From Candidatus Akkermansia intestinavium (GTDB lineage: Bacteria > Verrucomicrobiota > Verrucomicrobiia > Verrucomicrobiales > Akkermansiaceae): a DNA stretch of 64,000 bases. Location: the NCBI GenBank assembly GCA_019115065.1, contig DXEH01000014.1:10683-74682 (forward strand), in the 5' to 3' direction. The position numbers and the translations under genes were made by a program. This document shows, piece after piece, positions 43,082 to 51,801 of this stretch. The notes under the pieces are model-generated. The model saw nothing but the letters and a program-made list of their open reading frames with translations, was not told the origin of the DNA and did not search any database. Numbering within the stretch: position 1 is the first letter of the stretch; every line of letters begins with the position of its first letter.

Positions 43082-43579
43082 ATGAAGAAACTACGTGCCG
43101 ACAGTACATTCTCGCGCTTGGCTCCGGAGGAGCTTGCCGAGGTGGATGACATGCTGCTTTCCGGCTGCCGCTACGAGGACGTGCGCGGGTGGCTCAATGA
43201 GCGCGGTTACACGTGTTCGCAGACGAGTGTGGCGGATTATTACCACAACCACGTGCTGCCGCGCAAGTGGGCTCGCCAGCAAGGTATTGCCCGCGCGCTG
43301 GATGCGGTGGACACTCAGGGGCTGGATGAGGCGACGCTGGATGCTGTTCGCGCTCGGGCGATGGAGCTTGCAATTACGCCGGGCGCTGAGGTGAAGCACA
43401 TCAATACGTTGTTCGGGCTTGTGTTGAAGGCGCAGGCGCAGCGGCTGGAGGAGCGCCGTGTGACGTTGCTGGAGCGCAAGGCGGCTGCGGCGGATGAGGC
43501 TACCGCGGCTGCGGCGGATGAGAGTTTGAGTGCGGAGGAGCGCCTGGAGCAGGTGCGCCGTATTTTCGGGATGTTGTAA
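43082..43579 (+). CDS. Mu gp27-like small terminase subunit (DUF3486-like)
   Basis: 165 aa. The N-terminus FSRLAPEELAEVDDMLLSG.RYEDVRGWLNERGYTCSQTSVADYY fits gp27. It lies directly upstream of TerL. Confidence 0.65.
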   Translation: MKKLRADSTFSRLAPEELAEVDDMLLSGCRYEDVRGWLNERGYTCSQTSVADYYHNHVLPRKWARQQGIARALDAVDTQGLDEATLDAVRARAMELAITPGAEVKHINTLFGLVLKAQAQRLEERRVTLLERKAAAADEATAAAADESLSAEERLEQVRRIFGML

Positions 43580-43598
43580 CTTTTTTGCGTGAGTACGC

Positions 43599-45098
43599 AT
43601 GAGTGATAGGGCGCGGACAAAAAGGGGCGCAGTCGCCGCAGGGGTGAAGCCGAGGGGCTCCGCCGACCGGGCGGCTGCGTCTCATGCTCCCTTGCCCACG
43701 CTGGAGGATGCGCTGGGGCTGTTGCTGCCGTATCAGCGTCGCTGGGTGGATGATGAGGCTCGCTTCCTGGCCGGAGTCTGGGGCCGCCAGACGGGCAAGA
43801 GTTTTTCGACGGCGTGCAAGATTGCGGTGGCGCTGGCGCGGGATCATGACCAGATGTGGATGATTGCGGCGCCGTCGGAGCGCCAGAGTCTGGAGGCTCT
43901 GGAGAAGGTGAAGCAGTGGCTGCGCGCGCTGGGCGTGCTGTTTGCGGATTACGTGGAGTCTCTGCGGGATGTGGAGGAGAAGGCGGCTGCGGTGCGGCTG
44001 GCGAACGGGTCGCGCTGTCTGGCGGTGCCGGGGCGCCCGGATACGGTGCGCGGTATGAGCGCGAATGTGTGGCTGGATGAGTTTGCGTTTTTTGATGATC
44101 CGGATGCGACGTGGATGGCGATTCTGCCGTCGATTGCCAACCCGTTGCGAGGCGGGGAGAAGAGGGCGATTATTACGTCGACGCCGAACGGCAAGGCCGG
44201 CAAGGGGAAGCGCTTTTATGATATATGCTCGAAGGCTCCGGGCAATGGTTGGAGCGTGCACCGGCTGCCGCTCGGCGAGGCGATTGCCGAGGGTCTGCCG
44301 ATGGATTACCGGGTGCTGGCCGGGGCGCTGGGCGATCCGCTGGCGATTGCGCAGGAGTTGGACGCGGAGTTTGTGGATGCGCAGGGGCAGTTGCTGCCCG
44401 GTGAGGTGATTCTGCGGGCGGAGTCGCCGGAGGCGAGCACGGCATGCGGAAGCGAGGTGTTTGGCTCCGGGCGGTCGCTGGTGATGGGGGTGGACGTGGG
44501 GCGCATGAGTGACCCGACGGTGGTTTGGACGGCGGAGTGCCTGGCGGATGTGCTGGTGACGCGTGAGGTGCTGGTGCTGGCGGGTATGAGCCACGCTGAC
44601 CAGCTGGAGCTGCTGCGCACGCGCGTGCGAGCCTGCCGCCGCTGTTGCCTGGACTACACGGGGCTGGGCATTGGCCTGGGCGATATGCTGGCGCGGGAGT
44701 TCGGCGAGTATAAGCCCGAGGCTCACAAGTTCGGCAAGGTCGAGCTCTGCAACTTCTCCGCTACCCTCAAACGAGAGATTTTTCCGCGGCTGCGCGACGC
44801 GATGGAGGGCGGGCGGCTGCGCATCCCGCGCGATGAGTCGCTGCGGGTGGACTTGGCGGCGATGCAGCAGGTGGTGACGGCGGGGGGCTTCAGCTATGAG
44901 GCTCCGCGCACTCGCGAGGGGCACAGTGACCGCTGCACGGCGGCAGCCTTGTGCGTGCGTGCCGGGAGCAGCCCGGAGGAGTGCGCCCACGTGGGTGTGC
45001 TGCCGGCGGTGCGACCGGGAGAGCGGCGCAGCCGAGGCGGAAACTCCGGGGTGATGGCTAGCTGGAAGGAGCGTTTGATGTCATGGGTAAGAAGGTAA
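43599..45098 (+). CDS. Terminase large subunit (Mu gp28-like)
   Basis: 499 aa with a Walker A-like motif (VWGRQTGKSFSTA) and nuclease-domain acidic motifs (MGVDVGRMSDPTV). Confidence 0.85.
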   Translation: MSDRARTKRGAVAAGVKPRGSADRAAASHAPLPTLEDALGLLLPYQRRWVDDEARFLAGVWGRQTGKSFSTACKIAVALARDHDQMWMIAAPSERQSLEALEKVKQWLRALGVLFADYVESLRDVEEKAAAVRLANGSRCLAVPGRPDTVRGMSANVWLDEFAFFDDPDATWMAILPSIANPLRGGEKRAIITSTPNGKAGKGKRFYDICSKAPGNGWSVHRLPLGEAIAEGLPMDYRVLAGALGDPLAIAQELDAEFVDAQGQLLPGEVILRAESPEASTACGSEVFGSGRSLVMGVDVGRMSDPTVVWTAECLADVLVTREVLVLAGMSHADQLELLRTRVRACRRCCLDYTGLGIGLGDMLAREFGEYKPEAHKFGKVELCNFSATLKREIFPRLRDAMEGGRLRIPRDESLRVDLAAMQQVVTAGGFSYEAPRTREGHSDRCTAAALCVRAGSSPEECAHVGVLPAVRPGERRSRGGNSGVMASWKERLMSWVRR

Positions 45099-47128
45099 GG
45101 TACAGGAAGAGGGCAAGCGAGCGTGGCCGATCGGTGGCTGCACTGGCCCGCCGCGCCGATGATGACGCGCAGCACCTGACGGCGCGCACGGGGGAATCGG
45201 TGCTGTGGCAGCGGCTGGTGATGTCGCACCTGACGCAGGCGGAGCGGCGCAATGATTTGCCGATGCTCACACCGCAGCGGGCGGCGGAGTTGTATGAGGC
45301 ATGGCGGCGCGGCGAGATGGCGGAGATCCAGCTGATGTTTGAGCAGTTGGAGCAGCGGGATGAGACGCTGCGCACGGTGCTCAATGCGAGACTGAGTGCG
45401 CTGGCGGAAATGCCGTGGCGCGTGGTGGTGGATGCCGACGCCGTGGCCGGTGATCCGGATCTTGAGCGTGTAGCCCGGGTGCAGAAGCGGTATGCGATGC
45501 AGTGGATGGGTGCGGTGGAGAATCTGGAGGAGGCGCTGGTGCATCTCGGCATGGCGGATTTCCGCGGGGTCGCGGCGCTGGAGGTGACGGGCAATGCGCA
45601 GCGGATGCGCTGGGAGGTGATTGAGCCTTGGAATCTGTGCCGACCGAACCGCCGGGAGCCCTGGATGTACAACGAGAGTGCAACGGCGGTGCCGGGGGCT
45701 CTGGAGTTGCTGGATCCGGACGCGGTGATGATCCGTGAGGCGGAGCCGATTGACCTGCCGGCGATGTTTCTGCTCACGGCCAAGTACCACGCGATTGCGG
45801 CGTGGGATGCGTTCCTGGACACCTTCGGTATTCCGAATATCTTTTTCGAGATGCCGCCCGCCACGACGGAGGCGCGCGCGGCGGAGTATGATGCGATTGT
45901 GACGCGCATCATCGGCGAGGGGCGCGGCACGATCCCAAGTGGTGCGAAGTTTCATACGATTGAGACGAGCAAGGACAATACTCAGAGTTTTGAGGCGCGG
46001 GCCAAGTGGTGCAATGAGGCAATCATCACGCTGGCTACGGGTGGCCTGCTGACGGTGGCGACGGCTCCGGACAGCGGGACGCTGGCGGGAAGCGCTCATA
46101 CGGACTCGTTCACGCGTCTGTGCGCGGCGAGTGCAAGGAGTATCTCGTCGGTGGTGACGCGCCAGTGGCTGCACCGGATGCTGCGTGAGACGTTCCCGGC
46201 AGGTCCGCTGCTGGTGCGTTTTGAGCTGGCTCCGGAGCCGGCGGATGAGCGTGCGGATATGGCGGCTCTCTTCGCGCAGTTGCTTCAGGCCGGCTGGAAG
46301 CCCGAGGCGGCAACGGTGGCCGAGTCGATGGGCTTTGCGGTCGAAGAGGCCGAGCAGAGTCTGCCGGTGACGCTGGATGCTACATCGGGGCATCCCCTGC
46401 CGGCTTTGGACAATACGGAGAAGTGGGCACTGGAGAACCGCGATGAGGTGCCGGAAAGTGAGGAGGAACCGGCGGATGACGGCGGCGAGGCGCTGACTCC
46501 GGAGGAGCTGGAGGCGCTGCGCTCACTGGCGGAGGTCAGGCTTGATGATTTGGTCGCGCAGGATACGGAGACGGCAGAGGCCGCACTCACGGAGGCGGTG
46601 GCGGGCGTGGAGACCCCCGCTTCGGAGGATCTGACCGATGAGGGGCTGGAGAACCGCACGTACAAGAGAGACCGTAACGGGCAGTTTGCTTCCACCGGAG
46701 CGGCTCAGCACAATCCGCGCCACGGCAGGGCAAGCAAGGGGAATCCGAAGAATCCGACGACCCAGAGCAACACGCCGCTGAAGGCAGCACCGGGAGCGAA
46801 AGCACAGGCTCAGGTGGATGCCGTTGAGCATGCCTTGAAGGCACACGAGGGTGGTGGTGGCGTTGCGGAAGGTGCTGCACGGGTTGGAGGGAAACGCCTC
46901 GATGTGCTAGGAGGTAGTCCGGACACGGGAGGGGCATCCCACATGACAAAGCATTACAGACCTGGTGATACATCCCGGAGGGATGCTGCTAAGACTGCCG
47001 TTTTAGGAAAAAAACAAAAGGATAGAACCGAAGTGGCATCTGTCCGCCGCTCCGGAAAAGTCATTCTGGCGGACAAGGGAGATCACTATACCATCGTGAC
47101 GACAAGAAAGAAGACGGACAAGGATTAA
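45083..47128 (+). CDS. Portal protein (Mu gp29/DUF935-like) with ~230-aa C-terminal extension
   Basis: 681 aa, immediately after TerL. The N-terminal ~450 aa are portal-like. The C-terminal part is acidic and then basic, with lower GC. Confidence 0.7.
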   Translation: MGKKVRYRKRASERGRSVAALARRADDDAQHLTARTGESVLWQRLVMSHLTQAERRNDLPMLTPQRAAELYEAWRRGEMAEIQLMFEQLEQRDETLRTVLNARLSALAEMPWRVVVDADAVAGDPDLERVARVQKRYAMQWMGAVENLEEALVHLGMADFRGVAALEVTGNAQRMRWEVIEPWNLCRPNRREPWMYNESATAVPGALELLDPDAVMIREAEPIDLPAMFLLTAKYHAIAAWDAFLDTFGIPNIFFEMPPATTEARAAEYDAIVTRIIGEGRGTIPSGAKFHTIETSKDNTQSFEARAKWCNEAIITLATGGLLTVATAPDSGTLAGSAHTDSFTRLCAASARSISSVVTRQWLHRMLRETFPAGPLLVRFELAPEPADERADMAALFAQLLQAGWKPEAATVAESMGFAVEEAEQSLPVTLDATSGHPLPALDNTEKWALENRDEVPESEEEPADDGGEALTPEELEALRSLAEVRLDDLVAQDTETAEAALTEAVAGVETPASEDLTDEGLENRTYKRDRNGQFASTGAAQHNPRHGRASKGNPKNPTTQSNTPLKAAPGAKAQAQVDAVEHALKAHEGGGGVAEGAARVGGKRLDVLGGSPDTGGASHMTKHYRPGDTSRRDAAKTAVLGKKQKDRTEVASVRRSGKVILADKGDHYTIVTTRKKTDKD

Positions 47129-47435
47129 AAAAAATGCCCCGAGCATGACCCGGAGCCAACTGACAGATAACTCGGCGTTCGTGCCCGGTTTACTCGCAGA
47201 GGCTTGTTGGCCCCACCGCTGCAAGGTGCTGTCAGGAACTTCAAGGTATATCAGAATGACGAGAATGTCAACAGCGAATCGACAGAGAGCCGGCAAAAAT
47301 CGCCGGGGCATCGGCTGCGGGGACAAAACGCAGGAAACGCCCGTAAAACGCGCGAGGGGTGCGAATGGGGAGGATGCAGGGCTATGAGGTAAAGCCCCCC
47401 TGCAAAGTGTATGCAAAACTCGGCAAGAGGCAATT

Positions 47436-48416
47436 TTGAGTATGAAGGCAAAGACAATCACACGAAACGAGCTGGTGAACCCGGATGAGCCGGGGGATGG
47501 CTGGTACATTATCGAGGCGGCCGGGCAGCACCCGTACCGCCGGGAGGTGGATGACAGGGTGCTGGCCTTGGTGCAGGATTTGCGCCCGGGGGTGCTGGAG
47601 CGGATTGCTGCGGCGGGGGTGCCGCCGGAGGGGCTGCTGGTGGACAAGGACCACTTCAGCCTGGATGATGATCACCCGAGTGAGGCGATGGGCTGGCTGC
47701 GTGAGCTGGCGCTCTGCGAGGGTGATTTGGCCGGCTACATTCAGTGGACCTCCGTGGGGTTGCCGCTGATCAAGGGCCGCGTGTACAAGCATTTTTCAAC
47801 GGTGTATCCCGCGCCGGATGCCGGCGAGGTGGGTGCCGGTGGGGCGTATGCCCCGGCAAAACTTATCGGCCTGGCTCTGACGAACCAGCCCAACAACAGA
47901 ACAGGCCAGCCGCCGATAAGCAACAGGGAGCTGGCCACAGAAACGAACAAGAAGACAACAATCATGTATAGTCCAGAATTGCTCGCGCTGCTCGGTCTGG
48001 CCGAGGGTGCGACGGATGAGGAGGTGCTGGGAGCCGTCAAGGATCTGAAGGCTGCTGCCGATGCCGCTGCGGAGGCGGAGGCTGAGGCGGTGGTCAATGC
48101 CGAGGCGGAGAAGGAAGGCGCCGAGCTCACGAATGAGGAGAAGGAGGAGGCCAAGGAGCAGATCCTCTGCAACCGCGATCACGGTATCAGGTTCACGCGC
48201 CTGCTCTGCCAGAGCAAGCGCCGTGTGGTCAGCAACCGCGAGCGCCGTTATGCCGGCACCGGCAGCATGCCGGTGGTTACGAATCGAGCGGTGAGTCCGG
48301 AGTTGGCTCTGACGAATCGAGCGAAGGAGATTTGTGCTGCGGCCCGTGCTGCCGGTCGCCGTGCGAACTGGTATGCCGCGATGGAACAGGCTCGCCGCGA
48401 GGCGGCCGCCAACTGA
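47436..48416 (+). CDS. Mu gp32 (I)-like prohead protease/scaffold
   Basis: GDGWYIIEAAG...LLVDKDHFSLDDDHPSEAMGWLRELALCEGDLAGYIQWTSVGLPLIKGRVYKHFSTVY matches the Mu-like_Pro pattern. The C-terminus is a coiled-coil scaffold-like region. Confidence 0.8.
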   Translation: MSMKAKTITRNELVNPDEPGDGWYIIEAAGQHPYRREVDDRVLALVQDLRPGVLERIAAAGVPPEGLLVDKDHFSLDDDHPSEAMGWLRELALCEGDLAGYIQWTSVGLPLIKGRVYKHFSTVYPAPDAGEVGAGGAYAPAKLIGLALTNQPNNRTGQPPISNRELATETNKKTTIMYSPELLALLGLAEGATDEEVLGAVKDLKAAADAAAEAEAEAVVNAEAEKEGAELTNEEKEEAKEQILCNRDHGIRFTRLLCQSKRRVVSNRERRYAGTGSMPVVTNRAVSPELALTNRAKEICAAARAAGRRANWYAAMEQARREAAAN

Positions 48417-48434
48417 TGAGAGGAGGCTCAGGAT

Positions 48435-48836
48435 ATGGCAATCTATCATCAGCATCAGGTGGTGCGGCTGACGGCCGCCGCAGATCTGAGCGGCTCCGAG
48501 GGCTGCTTTGTGACGGTGAACGGCTCGGCCGGTACGGTGTCGCCGGCGACGGCGTCCAGCACGCCCGCTCAGGTGTTTGGCCTGCTGGCGGATGCGGGTG
48601 CCGCCGGGGCGCCGGTGGATGTGGTGCTGCCGGGGTACGCGGGTATCGTCGGCGTGCGCCTGCACAGCGGTACGTCTGCGGTGGTGCCGGGTGACCGGCT
48701 GAGCGTGGCGGCCAATGGTCAGGTGACGAAGGCGGGCGCCAGCGGGACGCTGGTGGCTGTGGCGCTGGCGGCCGGGTCGGCCGGCCAGATGATCGAGGCG
48801 CGACTGGTGGAGCCGGTGGCTCTGGCGGCGTCGTAA
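48435..48836 (+). CDS. DUF2190-like head decoration/cement protein
   Basis: 133 aa, Ala/Gly/Val-rich, located between protease and capsid. A strong SD (GGAGG) precedes the ATG. Confidence 0.5.
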   Translation: MAIYHQHQVVRLTAAADLSGSEGCFVTVNGSAGTVSPATASSTPAQVFGLLADAGAAGAPVDVVLPGYAGIVGVRLHSGTSAVVPGDRLSVAANGQVTKAGASGTLVAVALAAGSAGQMIEARLVEPVALAAS

Positions 48837-48860
48837 CGAAAACGAGAAAGGAGATTTGAG

Positions 48861-49754
48861 ATGTTTCAGAACACAGATCAGTTTAATCAGGTGCTGACGA
48901 GCTACGCTCAGGGCGCTTACGCCAACCCGGGCGAGGATTTGGATATTTCCCGCCTGGTGTTCCCGGAGGTGGCCGTGGATGAGGCGACGGGCACCTACGA
49001 TATCTGGAGCAAGGAGGTGCCGTTCACTCCGGTGGACGCCACGTTGGCGCGCAATCAGACGCCGCACCGCATCGAGGTGGAGCGCACGACGGGCGTGTTC
49101 AACTGCTTGCCGCAGGCTATCGAGATTGCCAACTGGGCACCGACGCTGCTCCAGAAGAGCGGGCCGCGCTACCGCGAGGCCAGTCTGCGCACGCTGATGA
49201 GCGCGCAGTTCATCACGCGTCAGGTCGAGGCGGTGAAGAAGTTGAATGCCGCGGTGCAGGCAGAGTCTTCGCTGGCGATCGGCAGCGGCTCGGACGCCAT
49301 CGCGAATATCGACGCGCTGTGCGAGAAGGTGGCCGCCGGTGTGGTGGGACGCCGCCCGACGGCGCTGCTGATGTCGCGCGAGGCGTGGAATGCGATCCGC
49401 AATCATGCCAGTGTGAAGGAGCGCTGTCACGCGCTGGATTACGCGATTTCGCCGGAGGCGTTCACGGCGGCGCTGGCTTATCAGGGCATCAAGCTCTACA
49501 TCTCCGACCTGTACGCAAAGAATGGCTCGGCGATGGAGGCTGTGCTGGGTAAGGATGTGTATGCCCTCTACAATGAGGAGGCGCCCGGGCTGAGCGACCT
49601 GTCGTTCGGCAAGGAGTTTACCCTGAGCCCGGCCGGCCCGGAGGTGCTCAGTTACAAGGATCGCGCGGTCTACGATGTGGACGTGCTGATGTGGTCGAGC
49701 GACCGCCAGGTGACGAATGCCGCGGCGGCTGCGAGGTTGGCGATTTCTGCCTAA
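48861..49754 (+). CDS. Major capsid protein
   Basis: 297 aa, at the position after the protease/decoration genes. A strong SD (AAAGGAG) precedes the ATG. Confidence 0.65.
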   Translation: MFQNTDQFNQVLTSYAQGAYANPGEDLDISRLVFPEVAVDEATGTYDIWSKEVPFTPVDATLARNQTPHRIEVERTTGVFNCLPQAIEIANWAPTLLQKSGPRYREASLRTLMSAQFITRQVEAVKKLNAAVQAESSLAIGSGSDAIANIDALCEKVAAGVVGRRPTALLMSREAWNAIRNHASVKERCHALDYAISPEAFTAALAYQGIKLYISDLYAKNGSAMEAVLGKDVYALYNEEAPGLSDLSFGKEFTLSPAGPEVLSYKDRAVYDVDVLMWSSDRQVTNAAAAARLAISA

Positions 49755-49769
49755 TCCAAACAGACGAGC

Positions 49770-50183
49770 ATGAACTGGATACCGCTCAATGATACACTGG
49801 TGGCGGAGGGGCTCAATGCCAAGGAGGCTGCCGTTGTGATGGAGTCTGCCGAGGAGCTGCCGGGGATCTGCCGAGGGCTTGCCGCGCGCATCCGCAGTTG
49901 TGTGCTGGCGGGCGGCCGTGCGGTGCTCGGGGGTGAGGATGAGACCTACATCCCGGAGGCGCTGCGCGGTGAGGCCGTGGCGATTTTGCGCCTGCGCCTG
50001 CTGGTGCGGTTTGCCCTGGTGGTGACGGAGGAGCGCAAGCGCGAGGCTGAGCTGGCAGAGCAGCGGCTGGATGCCATTGCTCGCGGAGAGTACCCGCTGC
50101 CGGAGGATACCGTGGCGGCAAGCCCGACGTATCACGGCCGCCCGCAGAGGTGGGCCAGTCCGAAACACGGAGGTATCATCTGA
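49770..50183 (+). CDS. Head-tail connector/hypothetical (possibly Mu gp36-like)
   Basis: 137 aa, directly after the capsid gene. Confidence 0.35.
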   Translation: MNWIPLNDTLVAEGLNAKEAAVVMESAEELPGICRGLAARIRSCVLAGGRAVLGGEDETYIPEALRGEAVAILRLRLLVRFALVVTEERKREAELAEQRLDAIARGEYPLPEDTVAASPTYHGRPQRWASPKHGGII

Positions 50184-50192
50184 GTTGTCTGT

Positions 50193-50681
50193 GTGAGCAT
50201 GAAGGAGGCCCCGGAATATGCGCTCGCAAAGGCTCTCATCACCCTGTTGCGGGGTGATGAGGCGCTGGGGGAGTCTGTGATGGCCGAGCCGTGGGACCAG
50301 GCCGACCAGAGCCAGAATCTGGCGATGGCGGCCGGTCAGCACGGGGGCGCCGTGGCGGTGTGCCCGCAGTGTCCTGCGGTGGTGAGCGAGGCCGCGACGG
50401 GGGCGTGCTACTTGCAGGCTCGTGTGGCGGTGGTGGTGCTGACGACGCAGCAGGTGCTGGAGGAGACGGCGCAGGCGCGTCTGGCAGCGATGAGCGGCCG
50501 GGTGCTGGCGGCCTGTCTGCGCTGGGATTACAGCGCGGCGGGCATTCCGTACGCAGAGCCTGCTGTGCTCGAGGTGCAGGAGGTGAGCACAGAGTCGGTT
50601 CCCGGTTTGAACAATCTGCTGGGTACGGCAGTGATGCTGGGCTGGCGGGTTCATTACAAACAATACTACAAGCATGAGTGA
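50193..50681 (+). CDS. Head-tail joining/hypothetical protein
   Basis: 162 aa, same strand, tightly packed. Confidence 0.35.
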   Translation: MSMKEAPEYALAKALITLLRGDEALGESVMAEPWDQADQSQNLAMAAGQHGGAVAVCPQCPAVVSEAATGACYLQARVAVVVLTTQQVLEETAQARLAAMSGRVLAACLRWDYSAAGIPYAEPAVLEVQEVSTESVPGLNNLLGTAVMLGWRVHYKQYYKHE

Positions 50682-50943
50682 CGAAACGAAGAATGAACAG
50701 GCCGCAAAGGCCGCAGGCTGGCTGATCAGCCTGTTGACGGGCTGGGGTGTTCCCGGCTCCATTGCGCGCATCCTGTCGGGTGCGATTATTGGGGCTGCCA
50801 TCGCGATCATGGCGATGGCAGGCAGCAGCTGCACGACGACCTATGAGCAGACGGCAGAAGGGGGCACGGCGTTCAGCAACGTGATTAGCCCGATCCCGGA
50901 GTACGTTGTTGACGTGCTGCGCGTCGATGATGAGGAGAAGTGA
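50674..50943 (+). CDS. Small membrane protein in the morphogenesis block
   Basis: 89 aa. The hydrophobic stretch is GWLISLLTGWGVPGSIARILSGAIIGAAIAIMAMAG. Confidence 0.35.
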   Translation: MSDETKNEQAAKAAGWLISLLTGWGVPGSIARILSGAIIGAAIAIMAMAGSSCTTTYEQTAEGGTAFSNVISPIPEYVVDVLRVDDEEK

Positions 50944-51131
50944 CGGCCATGAGTACGAGTGACACGAAGAAGTCTGAGGCTCCGGCTGCCGCTGCCGTGG
51001 TGACGGTGCGCGTGCTGAAGCATGGGGTGCATGCCGGAGGCATGATCCTGGGCAAGGGTGCTGTGGTGCGCCTGCGCTCTGAGGATGCTGCCGGTTTGGT
51101 GCAAAACGGCAGCGCTGAGGCTCTCAACTGA
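50940..51131 (+). CDS. Hypothetical small phage protein
   Basis: A 63-aa ORF that overlaps the previous stop. Confidence 0.3.
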   Translation: MTAMSTSDTKKSEAPAAAAVVTVRVLKHGVHAGGMILGKGAVVRLRSEDAAGLVQNGSAEALN

Positions 51132-51147
51132 CAGAAAGGAGGAACGC

Positions 51148-51744
51148 ATGAATCTGGACCGAATCAATGCGGCGATGATTGTCGGCAGCCGCATCTGGAT
51201 TTGCCGCATCGGCACTACGACCGGGTCTGAGCCCGCCAACACGGTGAGCGACTCTGTGTTGCCCGAGCTGCCGGAGAGCTACGCGACCCCGGGGGACTGG
51301 GTGTCGCTGGGCAAGATTAAGACTTGGCAGCCGCAGACGGAGTTCAAGACGGCGGATGCCGAGGGCGTGGATGATACCGGCGCTTACAAGGTCACTGAGC
51401 TGAAGTTGGCGACCAAGCGCAAGATGCAGTTCACGACGAATGACATCACGCCGGAGGCTTGGGAGCTCACGTTCGGGCTCAAGGAGCCGATCAGTTCCGG
51501 CGGCAAGCAGTCCGTGTTTGCCTCCGGCAATGACACCATCGAGGTGTGGCTGGTCGTCGAGATTACGGATGCCTACCGTACCGAGACAAACTTGGCGCGC
51601 GCTGTGGTGCGCGGCAAGCTCAGCCTCCAAAACCCGCTGGATGCCAAGAGCGACCCGGCGGAGGCGCAGTACGAGCTCTCCGTGGTGTCGAATCCGCTGG
51701 CGGAGTTCACGGAGAATGCCCTCGTGGGTGAGCCTGTTGCATGA
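51148..51744 (+). CDS. Putative major tail (tube) protein
   Basis: The internal ATG is preceded by AAAGGAGG. The product is 198 aa. A long hairpin follows, as is typical after abundant structural genes. Confidence 0.45.
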   Translation: MNLDRINAAMIVGSRIWICRIGTTTGSEPANTVSDSVLPELPESYATPGDWVSLGKIKTWQPQTEFKTADAEGVDDTGAYKVTELKLATKRKMQFTTNDITPEAWELTFGLKEPISSGGKQSVFASGNDTIEVWLVVEITDAYRTETNLARAVVRGKLSLQNPLDAKSDPAEAQYELSVVSNPLAEFTENALVGEPVA

Positions 51745-51749
51745 TCTGA

Positions 51750-51784
51750 GCCCGGCCTCGGCGGGTAATCTGCCGGGGCCGGGC
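51750..51784 (+). terminator. Long GC hairpin after the tail tube gene (attenuator-like)
   Basis: The outer arms are GCCCGGCC / GGCCGGGC. The inner arms CGGCGG/CTGCCG have one mismatch. Confidence 0.35.
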
Positions 51785-51801
51785 CAAGAAGGGAGGGTGC
51801 G

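Noticed and set aside
47145-47387. Small ORFs (80 aa and 62 aa) in the portal-protease gap as anti-CRISPR-like genes.
   Set aside because: They have poor coding character (Arg/Gly-rich tails, overlapping alternative frames), no SD or coupled start, and no adjacent aca-type HTH gene. The observation is kept only as a note on the gap.
47796-50834. A 1012-aa minus-strand ORF across the phage head genes.
   Set aside because: Its translation is Arg/His/Leu/Gln-rich and low in complexity. It lies antisense to the well-supported protease, decoration and capsid genes, so it is a GC-driven artefact.
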